DNA from: a virus
Taxonomy: Duplodnaviria > Caudoviricetes
Strand: one strand, 5' to 3'
IMG/VR virus record: IMGVR_UViG_2609460327_000001
Location: 96,001 to 160,000 of that record
DNA: 64,000 bases
The notes beneath the pieces were generated by a model. The model was not told where the DNA came from. It did no database searches and saw only the letters and a list, made by a program, of their open reading frames with translations. Shown one piece after another: positions 27,649-36,337 of this stretch; positions within the stretch are counted from its first letter, which is position 1; each line of letters begins with the position of its first letter. Both the position numbers and the translations under genes were made by a program.

Positions 27649-28045
27649 CGAGAAGGATATCTCTTTTTACGGAGAAGGTATAGATGGCGATCTTATAGCC
27701 GGTCAGCCTGATACAGACGGCTTAGTCGATCTGCTTATGACATCCGACTATGAATCTGCACGTCAGGACATTAGCAATCGCGCACGTACACAGACTGGAG
27801 ATTGGCGTTCTCACCCGCAGATAGGCGGAGACCTAGAACTGCTGGAAGGAGAACCGAACACACGGGATACGGCGAATCAGGGCGTCTCACAGCTATTGCA
27901 GACATTAACTTATGACGGCAGATTTGCCGCAGGAGATGTCGAGGTTAGGGCGGTGCCGATTGATATCTACACTATCGACTTCTTTTGCTTCGTGGATGCT
28001 GGCGAAGATACGCCGATCGTTGTGAATCAAAGCACCAATCTGTAA
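27635..28045 (+). CDS. Baseplate wedge / sheath-initiator protein (gp25/gpW-like)
   Basis: RQDISNRARTQTGDWRSHPQIGGDLELLEGEPN matches the gp25-like L.T..GE...HP..G..L pattern. Lies upstream of the baseplate J-like gene. Confidence 0.75.
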   Translation: MAKYNEKDISFYGEGIDGDLIAGQPDTDGLVDLLMTSDYESARQDISNRARTQTGDWRSHPQIGGDLELLEGEPNTRDTANQGVSQLLQTLTYDGRFAAGDVEVRAVPIDIYTIDFFCFVDAGEDTPIVVNQSTNL

Positions 28046-28062
28046 GGAGGTGAAAAAGAAAA

Positions 28063-28911
28063 ATGGCGTTAATTAAGCGTACTGCAAATGAAATTCTTTC
28101 AGATGCAATGACAATTCTATCAAGAAATACGCCGATAACGAACTACAAGCCGGGAGCTATTGCAAGATCCTTATTGGAGTCCATGAAGGATGAGTTTCCT
28201 AACCTGTACGACTTTGCAGAAGAAACGTTAAATATGGGCTTTCTCAGCAAAGCAGACGATGAGTATCTTGATCTGATCGGTGCATTATTCAGTTATCCTC
28301 GTCGAATGGTTGAGACGGTAAACAGTGATGGCTCAATAACCACAGCTCCACTTGATAAAGAGACGTACCGGTATGAGATATCTCAGCAAGTGCTTGTTGC
28401 AGCTTCGGGAAACTATGCGGCACTTCGCTTAATTATCCTGACAGTGCCGGGAGTGGCCGACTGCATCGGAAAAGAATACACACATGGCACAGGAAGCTTT
28501 AGCTTTACGATTATCCCGCAATATGGATTTAGCTTATCTCAGATCATGGCCGGTGTAGAGGATGCAATTGATAAGACAAAGTGTTTTGGCATTCGACCTA
28601 ACATAGTTTTCCCTGCATCGGTTAACTTGGAGTTAAGGCTGCAAATTAGCTTTAGCGATCTAGCAACTACATCTGAACGAGAGCAAATTCGAATCAGTCT
28701 TAGAGGCGAATTGATTAAATACTTTGGCAATTTCGATCTAGGCCAAGGATTTGTTTATAACGATTTTGTTCAGCAGGTGATGGACATTGACAGAAAAGTG
28801 GCAGACTTCACAGTTCAGAAGTTTTACCTGAATGATGAACCTGCTTTGCTTACGAATCAAAGCATCCTAGAAGATGAGCTATTAACACCGATAGACATCG
28901 TAATAGAATAG
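28063..28911 (+). CDS. Baseplate J-like wedge protein
   Basis: TNYKPGAIARSLLE...A..EYLDLIG...YR...ASGNYAALR.IILTVPGV...GTGSF. RBS AAGGAGG. Confidence 0.75.
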   Translation: MALIKRTANEILSDAMTILSRNTPITNYKPGAIARSLLESMKDEFPNLYDFAEETLNMGFLSKADDEYLDLIGALFSYPRRMVETVNSDGSITTAPLDKETYRYEISQQVLVAASGNYAALRLIILTVPGVADCIGKEYTHGTGSFSFTIIPQYGFSLSQIMAGVEDAIDKTKCFGIRPNIVFPASVNLELRLQISFSDLATTSEREQIRISLRGELIKYFGNFDLGQGFVYNDFVQQVMDIDRKVADFTVQKFYLNDEPALLTNQSILEDELLTPIDIVIE

Positions 28912-28913
28912 GT

Positions 28914-28946
28914 TGTTTGGTTCGGTATAATGTACTAAACTAAACA
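28914..28946 (+). promoter_or_regulatory. Imperfect inverted repeat enclosing TATAAT; candidate phage promoter
   Basis: TGTTTGGTTCGGTA-taatg-TACTAAACTAAACA. Contains TGGTTCGGTATAAT, near-identical to TGGTTTGGTATAGT at 4168. Confidence 0.5.
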
Positions 28947-28962
28947 GAAAGGTGGAATACAC

Positions 28963-29547
28963 ATGGCGATCCATCGCATTCGTGTAGAGCAGGTCCGGTC
29001 GCAAGATCCGGAACAGAGCAGCTTAGCTGAGCAGTTAAATGGGATTGGAAAACCATATTATGAGTTTGTTACGCCCCAATCAGGACAGAAAGATATTCCC
29101 GTAGGCAAGCCATATCAGCCTGGCGATGGAGAGTTGCTTGTCTTCCTCAATGGTCAAAAGGCAGTCCCTACTGTTGACCCTGTACTATTCAATGGTGACT
29201 ACGTTGAATTTGATCAAAAAAAGATACGATTCCTAGAGCCACTTGTAGACGGTGATATTGTCGAGCTTCGCATGGCAGGCAAAGGGCAGGGTGTTGCATA
29301 TGTAGTCGATCATTTCCATGCCTATCGTGAGAAACCAATCGGCGTCATAGATGGAGTGAACAAGATATTTTTCTTGAGCCGAACGCCAAGAGGCAATACA
29401 GAGCTGGTGTTTTTAAACGGCATACTGCGTGACCGCGGGGAAGAAGAGGATTATGTGATCGAAGGAAACAAGATCACTATGGTAGAGGCGCCGCCGATAA
29501 ATGCCAAAATTCTTGTGAACTACGACTTACTATATGTGAACGCATAA
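28963..29547 (+). CDS. Virion structural protein with two tandem small beta-sandwich repeats
   Basis: Two copies of the pattern EL.VFLNG......DYV.....I....P......I...Y. Confidence 0.55.
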   Translation: MAIHRIRVEQVRSQDPEQSSLAEQLNGIGKPYYEFVTPQSGQKDIPVGKPYQPGDGELLVFLNGQKAVPTVDPVLFNGDYVEFDQKKIRFLEPLVDGDIVELRMAGKGQGVAYVVDHFHAYREKPIGVIDGVNKIFFLSRTPRGNTELVFLNGILRDRGEEEDYVIEGNKITMVEAPPINAKILVNYDLLYVNA

Positions 29548-29561
29548 GGAGGGAATAAGCA

Positions 29562-30095
29562 ATGGCAACTACTAAAATATTACGAGAAGACCTGGCGTTT
29601 GAGATTCGACAGCTTCTGGTGGATATTGAGAACTCTCGTTTCGGTAAAGAAACCCTTGCGGCAAAGATTGAAGAACTTGGATTGGATATTACAGTCGAGA
29701 GATTGGATGATTCCTACCAAGCTTTAATTCAAGCCCTGGTCGATGATAAAGAGTCTACCGGAAAGAACGTCATAGAGCGTATCGAAGATTTAACTGCAGG
29801 TGCAGCTGACGTTCAAGACCTAAAGACAAAGATTAATATGCTTGGTGAATACGGTAATTTCAATGAGGTATTCAGTTATGATACAAGCGGTAACGTAAAT
29901 AAGCATACCGTCACAGGCGATGTAGCTTTCACGATTGATTATGTCTATACGGATGCTGCTAACGGCATCTTGAATTATTCGGAGAAAAAGTATACGGATC
30001 CGGAAGGCAAGAACGTGACGATCAAGAAGATTTACACTTATGATTCTGCCACTGGAAACATCACAGGCATTTCAACAACTACCACAATCGTATAA
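29562..30095 (+). CDS. Hypothetical tail fibre/adaptor protein
   Basis: Coiled-coil N-terminal half; C-terminal YTYD-type beta strands. RBS AAGGAGG. Confidence 0.5.
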   Translation: MATTKILREDLAFEIRQLLVDIENSRFGKETLAAKIEELGLDITVERLDDSYQALIQALVDDKESTGKNVIERIEDLTAGAADVQDLKTKINMLGEYGNFNEVFSYDTSGNVNKHTVTGDVAFTIDYVYTDAANGILNYSEKKYTDPEGKNVTIKKIYTYDSATGNITGISTTTTIV

Positions 30096-30110
30096 AGGCG
30101 GTGGACATCA

Positions 30111-31613
30111 ATGGATATTATTTCACTTGGTAAAGCAACTCAAGCAATGAATCAGATTAAAGAGCTAAGTGAGAGCATTGTTGCGCCGCAAGCTGAAAGC
30201 CATTTCCCAACCGTCGATGCACGGTTGGATTGGCTGGAAGCACAAGCGGCAAAAGCTAAGGGTGTTAATTCAAAAAGCATAATCTTATCCGAGGGAACTT
30301 TTGATAAGACCGAATATATTGCAGGCGCTATTCGATTAAAAAAGGCTGGCGAGATAATTGGGGATGACTATAAGCCAGGATGGCAAGTAGTTACCTCTGT
30401 TCAATTTGCTAACGGGCTTACTCTAACTTTTGATGCAGGAGCAGGGAATCAAAAAAGAATAGAAAAAATGTGGGTAAATGGAAGTCAGCATAGCTGGAGT
30501 CAATGGAGGTTTACCTTGGTATCCTTTAATTTATATGGTTCGAATGACAATGTGAATTTCGACCTTCTTTATTCCGGTGTGCAAAATTCATTGACGAGCA
30601 AGGAACATTTTTTCGTAAATGAAAATTACTACCGTTATTATAAGATGGCGGATATGGTTGGATATAATGGCGGCGGCGATGTTGCAGTAAAAGGTGTAAA
30701 CATGTATGAAAGAGCTTTTCAGAACACCTATGTAACAGAAGGAAGCTGGGAGTCCGGAATCTCAGATCTTGGAGAAGGATGGCTTTCTACTTTAGAAGCC
30801 ATAAGGCAGGTTGTCGGCATACAAGGATTAATTGCAACACCACCAATGACAGCAATATCTAATGAAGTTGGGACAATTATTGCAAGCTCATCTTACTTTG
30901 GAAATGCTGCACTCATTGAGGCATTTGACCAGGTTGAAAGTGCAATGGGATGGCAAGGAGCAGGCACAACAAATCAATGGCTTGGATTCAGATTCACAAA
31001 GCCGATTGTTATTAATGAATATCGAATGGTTACAACCCGAAACGACCAAATGCATCGTGCTCCAAAAAGTTGGCGTTTTGAAGCTAGCAACGATGGAACG
31101 AATTGGATAGTGCTTGATGAACAAGAAAATCAAACAGGTTGGGCATATCTTGTCTCCAGAGACTTTAAGGTAGATAATTCTACAGCATATACTCATTACC
31201 GGGTGTACTGTTTTAACAACAACGGCGGAAGTTCCTATACTAACATCGGAGAATTAAAGCTCATTGAAGGTAAAGGTGAAGTTGATATTCAAGTTGCAGG
31301 CTCTGAAGACGGGATAAACTTCGATTCATATCAGCCAATTACAACGATGCCTCAAACTAAGTTTGTAAAATTTAAAGCCAGCATCTCTGCTGGAGCAGCG
31401 CAAGGAGAAACTACCTCTTTTGACTTCAACCAGTCTAGCGATCAAAACAAATTCACCCTCAATGATCAAACAATTGCTGATGGAAAGTTGCAACTAAAAA
31501 CCTCTTATTCAGAAACTATGAATCAAGAATCCGTCACAGAAGGTGGAGCTATCTATTCTGCAATAATAGATAAGACGGCATTTAAGTCTATAGAGAAAGT
31601 GAGTGTGAAGTGA
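30111..31613 (+). CDS. Tail fibre/receptor-binding subunit with two discoidin (F5/8 type C)-like domains
   Basis: Motifs APKSWRFEASNDG.NW.VLD...Y..YR and FNLYGSND...F...YRYY. N-terminal MDIIS motif. Confidence 0.75.
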   Translation: MDIISLGKATQAMNQIKELSESIVAPQAESHFPTVDARLDWLEAQAAKAKGVNSKSIILSEGTFDKTEYIAGAIRLKKAGEIIGDDYKPGWQVVTSVQFANGLTLTFDAGAGNQKRIEKMWVNGSQHSWSQWRFTLVSFNLYGSNDNVNFDLLYSGVQNSLTSKEHFFVNENYYRYYKMADMVGYNGGGDVAVKGVNMYERAFQNTYVTEGSWESGISDLGEGWLSTLEAIRQVVGIQGLIATPPMTAISNEVGTIIASSSYFGNAALIEAFDQVESAMGWQGAGTTNQWLGFRFTKPIVINEYRMVTTRNDQMHRAPKSWRFEASNDGTNWIVLDEQENQTGWAYLVSRDFKVDNSTAYTHYRVYCFNNNGGSSYTNIGELKLIEGKGEVDIQVAGSEDGINFDSYQPITTMPQTKFVKFKASISAGAAQGETTSFDFNQSSDQNKFTLNDQTIADGKLQLKTSYSETMNQESVTEGGAIYSAIIDKTAFKSIEKVSVK

Positions 31614-31614
31614 T

Positions 31615-32763
31615 ATGGCAGCGCCAGCAACAACAGGTCTGTTGAGAACAAAAGTGGCCGAAATGGAAATAGGGGATTATATTAAGTGCGGATTACAAGT
31701 GAACCCCAGTAGAATATTTAATCACTTAGGGAAAATTGACGAATTAAATGACGGTGCCGGGATTAATAAAGAGATGCCTTTGACTGGATTAACTTACTCA
31801 TCAAATGGTGTCGATGCTCATATAGGATATTTTTATTTTATCAAAGTCTCCAAGGGGCTCCTTATTGCGGATAGGATTTGCTTAACAGGCCAAACCGGAA
31901 GCTGGAATGATCTGAATAAAACAAAGCATATAGAAGGGGTTCCATGGAATAGTGGAAATAATATCCCTGTGATGACCAGTAATACTGTGCCTAGTGGATT
32001 GGCAAGTGCCAGCAGTGAATGGGTTGGACAACCCGCGTTTAAAGCCTTTGATGGCAATATTTCGAATGCAGGCAATGCTTGGGTGACTAATTCAACAATA
32101 GGCGGATGGTTACAATATGATTTTCCAGAGCCTAGGGTTATTACAGGATACGCAGTATGTCCTCAAATTTCAAATCTATTAAGAAGCCCTAAAGACTGGA
32201 CATTTGAAGCATGGGATGAAACTGAGTCAAGATGGGTTATTCTCGATCAACGAATTGGCATTATTGGGTGGGCGAGCAATGCATTCATGAATTTCTCATT
32301 TGCAAATAAAAAGGTTTATTCCAAATATCGAATTAATGTGTCTGCTAATAGTGGAGATGCTACATATCTCTCTATTCAAGAGATGCAGCTATTCGAAGTC
32401 TCAGGAGTAATTAGAACACTTACAGGTGGAGTTGCCTTCGCGGATTCTGAAGGAAATAAAGCTTTAACTGAACAGAATCCACCACAGGGAGCTTGGCCGA
32501 CCAATAATGAATGGGATCGCTATATCACAAAATATCCAGAGAGCCGAATACAAGAAGGTAAAACGTTAAATGACATATTTCATTTTGCTGAATGTATGAC
32601 ATGGACACAAGACACCGGTTCTGACGGAATAAGCTCAGGATCAGCAGCTAGGAGAGTTATAAGAGGCGGATCTAATGGGGTCGCTTTCTATAACACTTAT
32701 AGTTCTGATAATGCCAACATTCAAGTTGGATTCCGTCCAGTGCTTGAATATAAGGAGGTGTAA
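31615..32763 (+). CDS. Fibre subunit: C-type-lectin-like domain with an inserted discoidin domain
   Basis: LLIADR...SWNDLN, then discoidin (PKDWTFEAW), then RTLTGG...NEWDRYI...TWTQD...RVIRGG...GFRPVLE. Confidence 0.7.
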   Translation: MAAPATTGLLRTKVAEMEIGDYIKCGLQVNPSRIFNHLGKIDELNDGAGINKEMPLTGLTYSSNGVDAHIGYFYFIKVSKGLLIADRICLTGQTGSWNDLNKTKHIEGVPWNSGNNIPVMTSNTVPSGLASASSEWVGQPAFKAFDGNISNAGNAWVTNSTIGGWLQYDFPEPRVITGYAVCPQISNLLRSPKDWTFEAWDETESRWVILDQRIGIIGWASNAFMNFSFANKKVYSKYRINVSANSGDATYLSIQEMQLFEVSGVIRTLTGGVAFADSEGNKALTEQNPPQGAWPTNNEWDRYITKYPESRIQEGKTLNDIFHFAECMTWTQDTGSDGISSGSAARRVIRGGSNGVAFYNTYSSDNANIQVGFRPVLEYKEV

Positions 32764-32766
32764 TAT

Positions 32767-35700
32767 ATGGCAACAATAGGACAAACATTAACTGCTCCAG
32801 AAACAGGATGGAAACGTATTGACAATACAGATAGTAAATTTGTTTTGTCTGGAAGTTGGGGAAGCTCAACTAATGAAGGTCATTACGGTGGATCCGGGCT
32901 ATATAATGGATCAGCTAATGCGAATGCGAAGGTATCCTTCAGATTTTATGGGACTAAAATAAGATGGATTGGCTACAATTCGAACACAGAAGATTATCAT
33001 GAATCAGTAAAAATCACTATAGATGGTATATCTGAAACATTTAGCTCCGTAGGGGGTAGCACTTTATTTCAGGCATTACAGTATGAAAAGAATGGGCTTC
33101 CTTTAGGCTTCCATACCGTTGAGGTTAGTGCGGACTCTATTGCTAAGTACTTCTATTTTGATGCTATTGATATTGATGAAGGTGGATATTTAACGGTATT
33201 GATTGGTGGCCAATTAACCAGCCCGGAAGCTGGATGGAAGCGTATAGAGAACAATGATCCGCTTATTCAATATGCTGCCAATAGAGTATCAAGTGATATT
33301 AACTATAATGCAGGTACAATAAAATTTAGGTTTTCAGGCTCGAAGCTCAGACTTTTATATAATTATAATGTTTTCGATGTCTTAGATATTGATGGAGTAG
33401 AATATGAACTGCTTCCGGCTGCTAATGAGTCAAATAAAGTAGTATTTGAAATACTTGATCTCACCGACTCAAATCATGTAGCAACAATTACAACCCACAC
33501 AGGGAGTGATTGGTACTCACAGTTTAATGCGTTTGATATTGATGGAGATGGCAGCATACTTCCTTTAATAGGAGGAGCGCTAACTGCACCGCAGGATGGA
33601 TGGAAGAGATATGATGATCAGTATCCAGGTTTTAAATATAAAGGGAGCTGGACTGCAAATAGCGCAGGAGATACAGGAGCATACAAAGGTGTAACCAGAG
33701 TCTGCAATAACGCATCTGTAGACACAGATGTAATATCATTTCGTTTTACGGGCGATCGCATTCGCATTATTGCTAAAACAAACACAAAACATTCAAATAA
33801 TGTGATAGTTCGAATAGATGGTGTCGAAGAGGTTTTCTCTATTAGAGATACACTAATGCAACAAAGACTAGCCTACGAGAAAACTCTCTCTGACAGTAAT
33901 GAGCATGTAGTTGAGATTACAGGGACGGGCTTAATCGTCTTTGATGCTGTTGATATTAAAGCTGATGGCCGCCTTCTACATCCAGATGAAGCAACCGATG
34001 TTGCTAATCTTGAAGTAGGCAAGCGCATAAGATGTAATTACGTTGTAACGACCAGCGGGACGGTGGGAGCGTTTAGTAATCTCGGGAAAGAGACAGGCGA
34101 TTTCCTAGCGCCATCTGGCCCATCTGTGCCAAATGGAGACTTCTATTTCATTATGGTTGAAGATTGGAATGGCAAGAAGATTCTTATTGCAGACCGAAAT
34201 ATTCAAACTAATATTACATGGAATGAATTAAATAGCTCGGGCGTTGCCTCTGGAAGCGGTGTTAAGGCGCTTGTCTCTGATAATGGCAGCGAAGGCACAG
34301 TGCGTTTAATGACTGGGGGTAATAGTTCTGCCAATAAAGATAACCAATGGGATATATATATCGTCAACTCTTCATTAAACGGGGCAATTACAGCCGGAGA
34401 TAATAATGTTTGGAATTATGGTGTTTATGGTTCATGGACTTCTACAACTCACAACAACAGTGCGACCTACCGAACATTGAGAGGAGGCGGCACTGTAACT
34501 GCAATGGGCGCATCAGCTACGTCTAGTGCTGCACCGGGATTTAGACCAGTCTTAGAAATCGAGCCGCCACCTATCATTCAAAAGTTCCTTATACAAGATG
34601 GAGAAGAGATTAAAAGGCTTGTATTTGCCGAGAATCAATCTTCTGTAAATTTAGCAGGGAGCCAATATGTAGAGGCTCCTCTTTCCAATAGTCTGAATAT
34701 TGGTGGAGACTTTACGCTGCAAGCGTGGGTTAAATTAAATGCCAGCGGTATTTCAGGGAGTGTTATCTCTAAATGGGGAGCAGCAGGCTTAGGGAATGCT
34801 TCCTATCTGTTAACAATTACCGAAGGTAAAGTTCAAGGCGCCACTCATAACGGATTCAGAACTTCATCGGTAGCTGGTGCGACATTGCTTCCCGTCAACA
34901 CTTGGGTCAATATTGCTGTGGTCTTACAAGGAACTGCCCTGTCTGTTTATGTTAATGGGGTTATCGACGGAGTTCAGAATAATGTTGTTCTTCCGCAGGC
35001 TGCTTCTAATTACAAACTAAATCTAGGTCGTGAATCCAGCGGATTAAACCTCTTTAATGGATTTATTGATGAGGTTAGTATTTGGACAAGAGCGCTTTCT
35101 CCTGATGAGATAAAGAGAAATAGTGAAGTTCTCTTAACTGGAAAAGAAGTAGGATTGGCAGCTTACTGGGACTTTGAAGAAGGAGAAGGAATGACTATTG
35201 CTGATAAATCAGATAACCATAATGATGGACATCTAACATCATCCTCAGTTTGGGTTGCAGATGCTTCGCCAGTAAAGGGAGATAAGTTCTGGAAAGTAGT
35301 CGGGGCGACTCCTGCTGCAAAAGATTATTTTGACTTAGATGGAATGGATGATTTAGAAATCATTAAGAATGAGGACATTTTATCTTTAACTTCTTCCACT
35401 CCTAAAGTTTTAGTCTGGACGGATTATACAGAAGTCAATCCAGTTTTAAACACAGTGGCTTTGCCTAAAGAGAAAATAATAATGCCAGTAGGCGATATTG
35501 AAATCCCTGAAGAAGGCATTAATTCTATTAACCTGAATGCTACTGGAATTAAGGCTATTGCAAGTATTGATCAAGGGCAGACTTGGAAGGCATGGGATGG
35601 ATCGAGTTGGATTACGGTCACGCCTGATGCTCCAGGAGTTAAGACAAGCGGAATGACACCAGAAATATTCAACAGCCTTAACAGTGATCAGTGGAGTATG

Positions 35701-36300
35701 CTGATTCAATCCTCAGATACAATCCGTTTCGCTTATTATCTTGAAATGGAATCCCTGCAGGATGAAGTATACGCAGATGAGATTAGCTTTACTGCTAATG
35801 CTGTCACAACTGTAACGCCTTACATTGAGTCGATAAAAGTGACTTATGATGAACTTACAATCAAAGGGCGCCTTGAGGATCTGGAGCGAATCAACACGAT
35901 TAATATGGCAAAGCTCAATTTTAAGAGTAATGCTTTACTTGTCTCAGAAAAATACAGTCTATATGACCTGGTGATCGATACATTCGAGACAAATGGTGGA
36001 ATAGACGCATCGCTGACCACGGCAAACTATGATACAATCAACAAGAGATATAATGGCTCAGGTGTGATTGTAACGCCATACGAAGAAGTTAATTCATATC
36101 GGAAACAGCTATTGATTGTGGCTGACGCAACATCTGATGTGCAAGTCGCTTATTCTATGAATGACGGCGGCACATGGAAAACTGGGGCGCTGAATACCCT
36201 GATTGACATTTCAAATGACACAGGCAACAAGCTGAAAATAAAAGTAACATTGCCGGCTGCCGGTTCGAATATTACGGCACTGGCTTACTCTTGGGCGTAG
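32767..36300 (+). CDS. Large fibre subunit: three beta-sandwich repeats, C-type-lectin-like domain and LamG (concanavalin-like) domain
   Basis: Three GxxLTxPxxGWKR repeats. ILIADRN...GFRPVLE domain. LamG motifs FTLQAWVK...VYVNG...FNGFIDEVSIWTRALS. Ends ALAYSWA. Confidence 0.75.
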   Translation: MATIGQTLTAPETGWKRIDNTDSKFVLSGSWGSSTNEGHYGGSGLYNGSANANAKVSFRFYGTKIRWIGYNSNTEDYHESVKITIDGISETFSSVGGSTLFQALQYEKNGLPLGFHTVEVSADSIAKYFYFDAIDIDEGGYLTVLIGGQLTSPEAGWKRIENNDPLIQYAANRVSSDINYNAGTIKFRFSGSKLRLLYNYNVFDVLDIDGVEYELLPAANESNKVVFEILDLTDSNHVATITTHTGSDWYSQFNAFDIDGDGSILPLIGGALTAPQDGWKRYDDQYPGFKYKGSWTANSAGDTGAYKGVTRVCNNASVDTDVISFRFTGDRIRIIAKTNTKHSNNVIVRIDGVEEVFSIRDTLMQQRLAYEKTLSDSNEHVVEITGTGLIVFDAVDIKADGRLLHPDEATDVANLEVGKRIRCNYVVTTSGTVGAFSNLGKETGDFLAPSGPSVPNGDFYFIMVEDWNGKKILIADRNIQTNITWNELNSSGVASGSGVKALVSDNGSEGTVRLMTGGNSSANKDNQWDIYIVNSSLNGAITAGDNNVWNYGVYGSWTSTTHNNSATYRTLRGGGTVTAMGASATSSAAPGFRPVLEIEPPPIIQKFLIQDGEEIKRLVFAENQSSVNLAGSQYVEAPLSNSLNIGGDFTLQAWVKLNASGISGSVISKWGAAGLGNASYLLTITEGKVQGATHNGFRTSSVAGATLLPVNTWVNIAVVLQGTALSVYVNGVIDGVQNNVVLPQAASNYKLNLGRESSGLNLFNGFIDEVSIWTRALSPDEIKRNSEVLLTGKEVGLAAYWDFEEGEGMTIADKSDNHNDGHLTSSSVWVADASPVKGDKFWKVVGATPAAKDYFDLDGMDDLEIIKNEDILSLTSSTPKVLVWTDYTEVNPVLNTVALPKEKIIMPVGDIEIPEEGINSINLNATGIKAIASIDQGQTWKAWDGSSWITVTPDAPGVKTSGMTPEIFNSLNSDQWSMLIQSSDTIRFAYYLEMESLQDEVYADEISFTANAVTTVTPYIESIKVTYDELTIKGRLEDLERINTINMAKLNFKSNALLVSEKYSLYDLVIDTFETNGGIDASLTTANYDTINKRYNGSGVIVTPYEEVNSYRKQLLIVADATSDVQVAYSMNDGGTWKTGALNTLIDISNDTGNKLKIKVTLPAAGSNITALAYSWA

Positions 36301-36323
36301 GGGCTTTCCCTACTCCCAATTTA
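36291..36323 (+). terminator. Possible terminator hairpin overlapping stop codon
   Basis: TGGGCGTAGGGG-cttt-CCCTACTCCCA followed by attt (weak U-tract). Confidence 0.4.
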
Positions 36324-36337
36324 TAAGAGGTGATCTA

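Noticed and set aside
32600-34557. A complete diversity-generating retroelement
   Set aside because: The two VR-like segments are not near-identical at the DNA level, and no template repeat or reverse transcriptase is visible in the window.
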